Below, piece after piece: positions 60,970 to 64,000 of a DNA stretch of 64,000 nt. A program made the translations under genes and the position numbers. The stretch's first letter is position 1, and each line of letters starts with the position of its first letter. Below the pieces are notes generated by a model. It worked only from the letters and a program-made list of their open reading frames with translations. It searched no databases and had not been told where the DNA came from. The DNA is from Okamejei kenojei (lineage: Eukaryota), in NCBI GenBank assembly GCA_035221665.1, contig CM069164.1, forward strand, positions 18,290,001 through 18,354,000. Direction: 5' to 3'.

Positions 60970-61386
60970 TTAAATTGGAAATTGGTTGTAGGTGTTTTCA
61001 CTCGTTGGTTTTGAAGACATGTGGCTTGGTCGAGGCAGCGCCAGTAGGTCAGAGGTAGTGGAATGAGAAACATCTTCCTCGGAGGTAGGCTGGACAGGAA
61101 TGCTGGTGGTTTCCCCCTGGACAGACGATCCCACAAAGGCAGGTGGATCACACGTGACAGAAGAAAGGTGCAGCATTTCCATCTCCTCCCTGGAATCATG
61201 CGAATACCTGCCCGAATCTCCAGTTTCGTGGCTTCCATCACTGTTGTGAGAATATTCTGTATCTCCCATGGCGGTAAACACAGCCGGCAATGATGTGGGG
61301 GGAATCAGTGCCGAGCCTCCTGATTCCTCACGGCTCAGTCCAGTCAGCTGGTAGGGGCACACGCCAAACCCGTTTCTTCTCACTGG
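60970..61386 (-). CDS. PRTG: Protogenin, last coding exon (cytoplasmic tail)
   Basis: PVRRNGFGVCPYQ...DTEYSHNSDGSHETGDSGRYSHDSREEMEMLHLSSV resembles the PRTG motif GSHETGDSGRFSHES...HLSSV. Acceptor TAGCAG. Confidence 0.9.
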   Translation of the reverse strand, partial: PVRRNGFGVCPYQLTGLSREESGGSALIPPTSLPAVFTAMGDTEYSHNSDGSHETGDSGRYSHDSREEMEMLHLSSVTCDPPAFVGSSVQGETTSIPVQPTSEEDVSHSTTSDLLALPRPSHMSSKPTSENTYNQFPI

Positions 61387-62043
61387 CTGCTAGCAAAAGA
61401 ATGGTGATTTAGAAACAGTTTCAAATCCCAGACAATGCCCTTGGTTGGAATTAACATTTAACCTTTCCCCCCCCCCCCCCCCATAGAGAACTCAACATAT
61501 TCAAACTATTGCACAATAAACCAAAATACCTCCATTGGAAAACTAGGACCACACTGTTAGGCTTTATCCATAATTATTTAAAAAAAGACATCAGGCAGGC
61601 GGCCAATTGAATACATTTTGGCAAGTATGGGTTTAAATGAGGGAAAATAAATGAATAAATGGGGAGTAATTAAAGGTATTGGTGCCGTCAGTTGTGACTT
61701 GCTGCCTAAAACTGCAATTGCAGGATTCATTCATCATGTTGAGTTAATCAGGTCAAGCACTTAAAGTAACCAAAAATAAAACTGATTGTAACTGACAAAT
61801 CAAGCCCAACAAATTCCAATTCTATTTCTGGCAGGAATTGCTCTCATTATAGATACTGCAGCACGCATCAGCTGATGCAAGAAATTGTCAAACAAGCCCA
61901 AATCGCAGTCTATAGAGCCCAACGACTAAAACCAGAGTCTGAGACTACTTCCATCCTATTCAATCTCACCCCATCAACAAATCTTGCATTATCCTTCAAT
62001 GCAAATGTATGATCATTACTTTAGCACTTGTTCCCAATCATAC

Positions 62044-62154
62044 CTGCTCCTCCTTGAATGTATTTGTTGATCTCTTTTTTCTTCCAAACAAAAAGCATTT
62101 TTTGGACTTTTCTTTTCTGTGACCAGAGTTGCTAATGATCAGGTCAGATCCACC
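62044..62154 (-). CDS. PRTG: Protogenin, penultimate coding exon
   Basis: caacag|GGSDLIISNSGHRKEKSKKCFLFGRKKRSTNTFKEEQ|gtatga, 111 nt, phase 0/0. Resembles human GGTDLIINSYG...KKKWFFF...EQ. Confidence 0.88.
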
Positions 62155-62599
62155 CTGTTGTAAAGAGTACATTCACCAAGGTTACTTTATGCTCACTTGC
62201 AGCCTGTTGCGCAGAATGTGCTCAAGTTGCACTTTGTGCTGTTGGCTTGGGTCACGACCAGAAATGTCTGCCCATTCCCTCAGCAGATGCTGCCTGACCT
62301 GCTGGGCTCCTCCAGTACTTTGTGTTTTCCTCCTTTCAGCTTGCTCTTAAACCATTTACTTAATTTGTTTTCCACTGTTTAGGGACTGAAACTATTTTAG
62401 GATTTAACAAGATTACTCATCAGGAGTCAGGATGTAATTCAGCATGGAAACAGGTCCTTTGCCCCAATTTGTCCACCCCGACCAATGTGCCCCATCTACA
62501 CTAGACCGACCTGCCTGCATTTGTCCCATATCCCTCGACCTTCTGAATTTCATAGTCGGCAGGGCAGTACTCTGCATATCGCCAACTTGGACAATTTTA

Positions 62600-62803
62600 C
62601 ATTTTTATCAAGCCAGTTAACCAACAAACCTGTACGTCTTTGGAGTGTGGGAGGAAACCGAAGATCTCAGAGAAAACCCACACAGATCACGGGGAGAACG
62701 TACAAACTCCATACAGACAGCACCCGTAGTCGGGATCGAACCCGGGTCTCTGGCGCTGCATTTTGCTGCAGGGCAGCAACTCTACCGCTGTGCCACCGTG
62801 ACT
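62600..62803 (-). mobile_element. Young V-SINE-like element in a PRTG intron
   Basis: Minus strand GGCAGTCACGGTGGCACAGCGGTAGAGTTGCTGCC...GAGACCCGGGTTCGATCCCGAC, with intact A and B boxes. Confidence 0.8.
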
Positions 62804-63269
62804 GCCCTCTGCTATCCCATGTTAAATGTTTCTTAAATGTTGTGGTAGTACCTGCCTCATTAGGATTAATGCCTACTTTTACATCACTAGTCCCCTTTTT
62901 AAATATAACAAGTTTAACAAAAGTACTCCTAAAATGCTTTTTGTGTTTTCTCCTGCTCAAAATAAGTTTCTATTTGGAAGTTCGAATTTCAGATTGGTAT
63001 GTAAATTACTCGTCTTCAATTTTCTCTGTTCCTGGTTTCTCTCCTTTTACTTCTCAGCCCCTGAACTATTTACACACATGTCCCCAAGTCATCTGAACTG
63101 ACCTAATAATAAGTGGCACTCTTCATCTCCACCCCTGGAATGCAAAGGGTGAGCAGACTTTCATTAGACAACACCAAATGAGTTCGCTGCAAAGTACTTT
63201 GGAATGTCCTCAGATTGTGCAGACAAGATATAAATGCAAATCATTTTCCATTATTAAGGCCAAAGATGC

Positions 63270-63850
63270 CTGAAGATGGGAGCACAGATGGATAACGCAA
63301 TAAAGGAGGCATGTGGGATGCTTGCCTTCATTAGCCGAGATATAAGGCACAAAGAGGTCTTGATTAGGACGCAGCTGAAATGCTGGGAGCAGTTCTGTTC
63401 ATCAACAATGAGGATATGGATATGGATTGCACTGGAGTGGGCAGAGGAGACTCACCAGGATATCATCTGGGGTGGAACATTTCAGTTAGGAAGAGAGATT
63501 GGAGAGGATTAGTTTGGACTGGATAAAACTTAGGGGCTACTTGGTAGAGTTACACAGAAATATGTGAGGCATGGATAGAAACTTTACCTGATGATAGAGA
63601 TATCTATGACCATAGGAAATAGGTTGAGGTGATTTAGAGGAAACCAGAAGAATGGTTTGCGACTCAGAGGGTGCCTGGAATCTGGAATGTACATCTGGAT
63701 GTGGTGGTGAAGTCAGAGACTGTCACAGAAACATCTGGATGAGCACTTAAATCATCAAGGAATAGCAGGGTATGATTCAAGTGTTGGTAAATGCAATTAG
63801 TCTGGTTAGGTACTCGTTGGCTGATATGATGAGCTGAAGGGCCAGCTTCT
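63270..63850 (+). mobile_element. Decayed CR1 LINE 3' part in a PRTG intron
   Basis: ORF 63276..63512 has KEACGMLAFISRDIRHKEVLIRTQLKCWEQFCS. Confidence 0.7.
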
Positions 63851-63962
63851 TTTCTAAGATAGTACAAACTATTTACTGTCATAAAGAAGTAGTGCCTTGT
63901 TTTGGAAGGAGAAGAGGCAAGCAACATAATAACAATATGAATAAAAACAAAAATAAAATTAC

Positions 63963-64000
63963 CTTGGTGTCCAAGAAGGCATTTTCAGGCATCATTGGCA
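63963..64000 (-). CDS. PRTG: Protogenin, third-last coding exon (partial, runs off the window)
   Basis: ..PMMPENAFLDTK|gtaatt, phase 0. Resembles human PMIMPNSFIDAK. Confidence 0.8.

Noticed and set aside
60970-61140. PRTG tail about 55 aa longer than I recall for human
   Set aside because: It is a low-complexity Ser/Thr/Pro tail whose length varies among vertebrates, so it is not clearly unusual.
62735-62803. tRNA gene
   Set aside because: The A and B boxes belong to a SINE head that continues into the SINE body. No complete cloverleaf was found.
62851-62894. Possible extra PRTG exon (GTSDVKVGINPNEAG)
   Set aside because: It would end in phase 1 and break the frame. The exon at 62044-62154 already matches the expected peptide.
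62485-63096. 203-aa plus-strand ORF
   Set aside because: It is an antisense read-through of CR1 and SINE sequence in a PRTG intron.

Overview
Vertebrate genomic DNA; the repeat complement (tRNA-derived V-SINE-like elements, CR1, Rex1, Penelope-like) suggests a cartilaginous fish such as a skate, which is my inference. The window matches the human 15q21.3 block CCPG1-PIERCE2-DNAAF4-(PYGO1)-PRTG. It holds a CpG-island bidirectional promoter at about 7.6-8.4 kb with a probable non-coding first exon of CCPG1 (-) and an intronless PIERCE2/C15orf65 ORF (+, 319 aa). It also holds a complete 9-coding-exon DNAAF4/DYX1C1 gene (-, 425 aa) and the last three coding exons plus a long 3'UTR of protogenin PRTG (-). 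Main observations: (1) PIERCE2 carries a roughly 225-aa N-terminal extension built of degenerate 18-aa acidic repeats; (2) no PYGO1 is visible in its expected slot between DNAAF4 and PRTG; (3) many Penelope-like termini carry a minimal hammerhead-ribozyme core, one as a perfect 91-bp hairpin; (4) the PRTG 3'UTR is dense in miR-9, let-7 and miR-125 seed sites; (5) an old local duplication preserves the empty sites of three younger insertions. All homology calls are from memory of the protein and repeat families; no searches were run.
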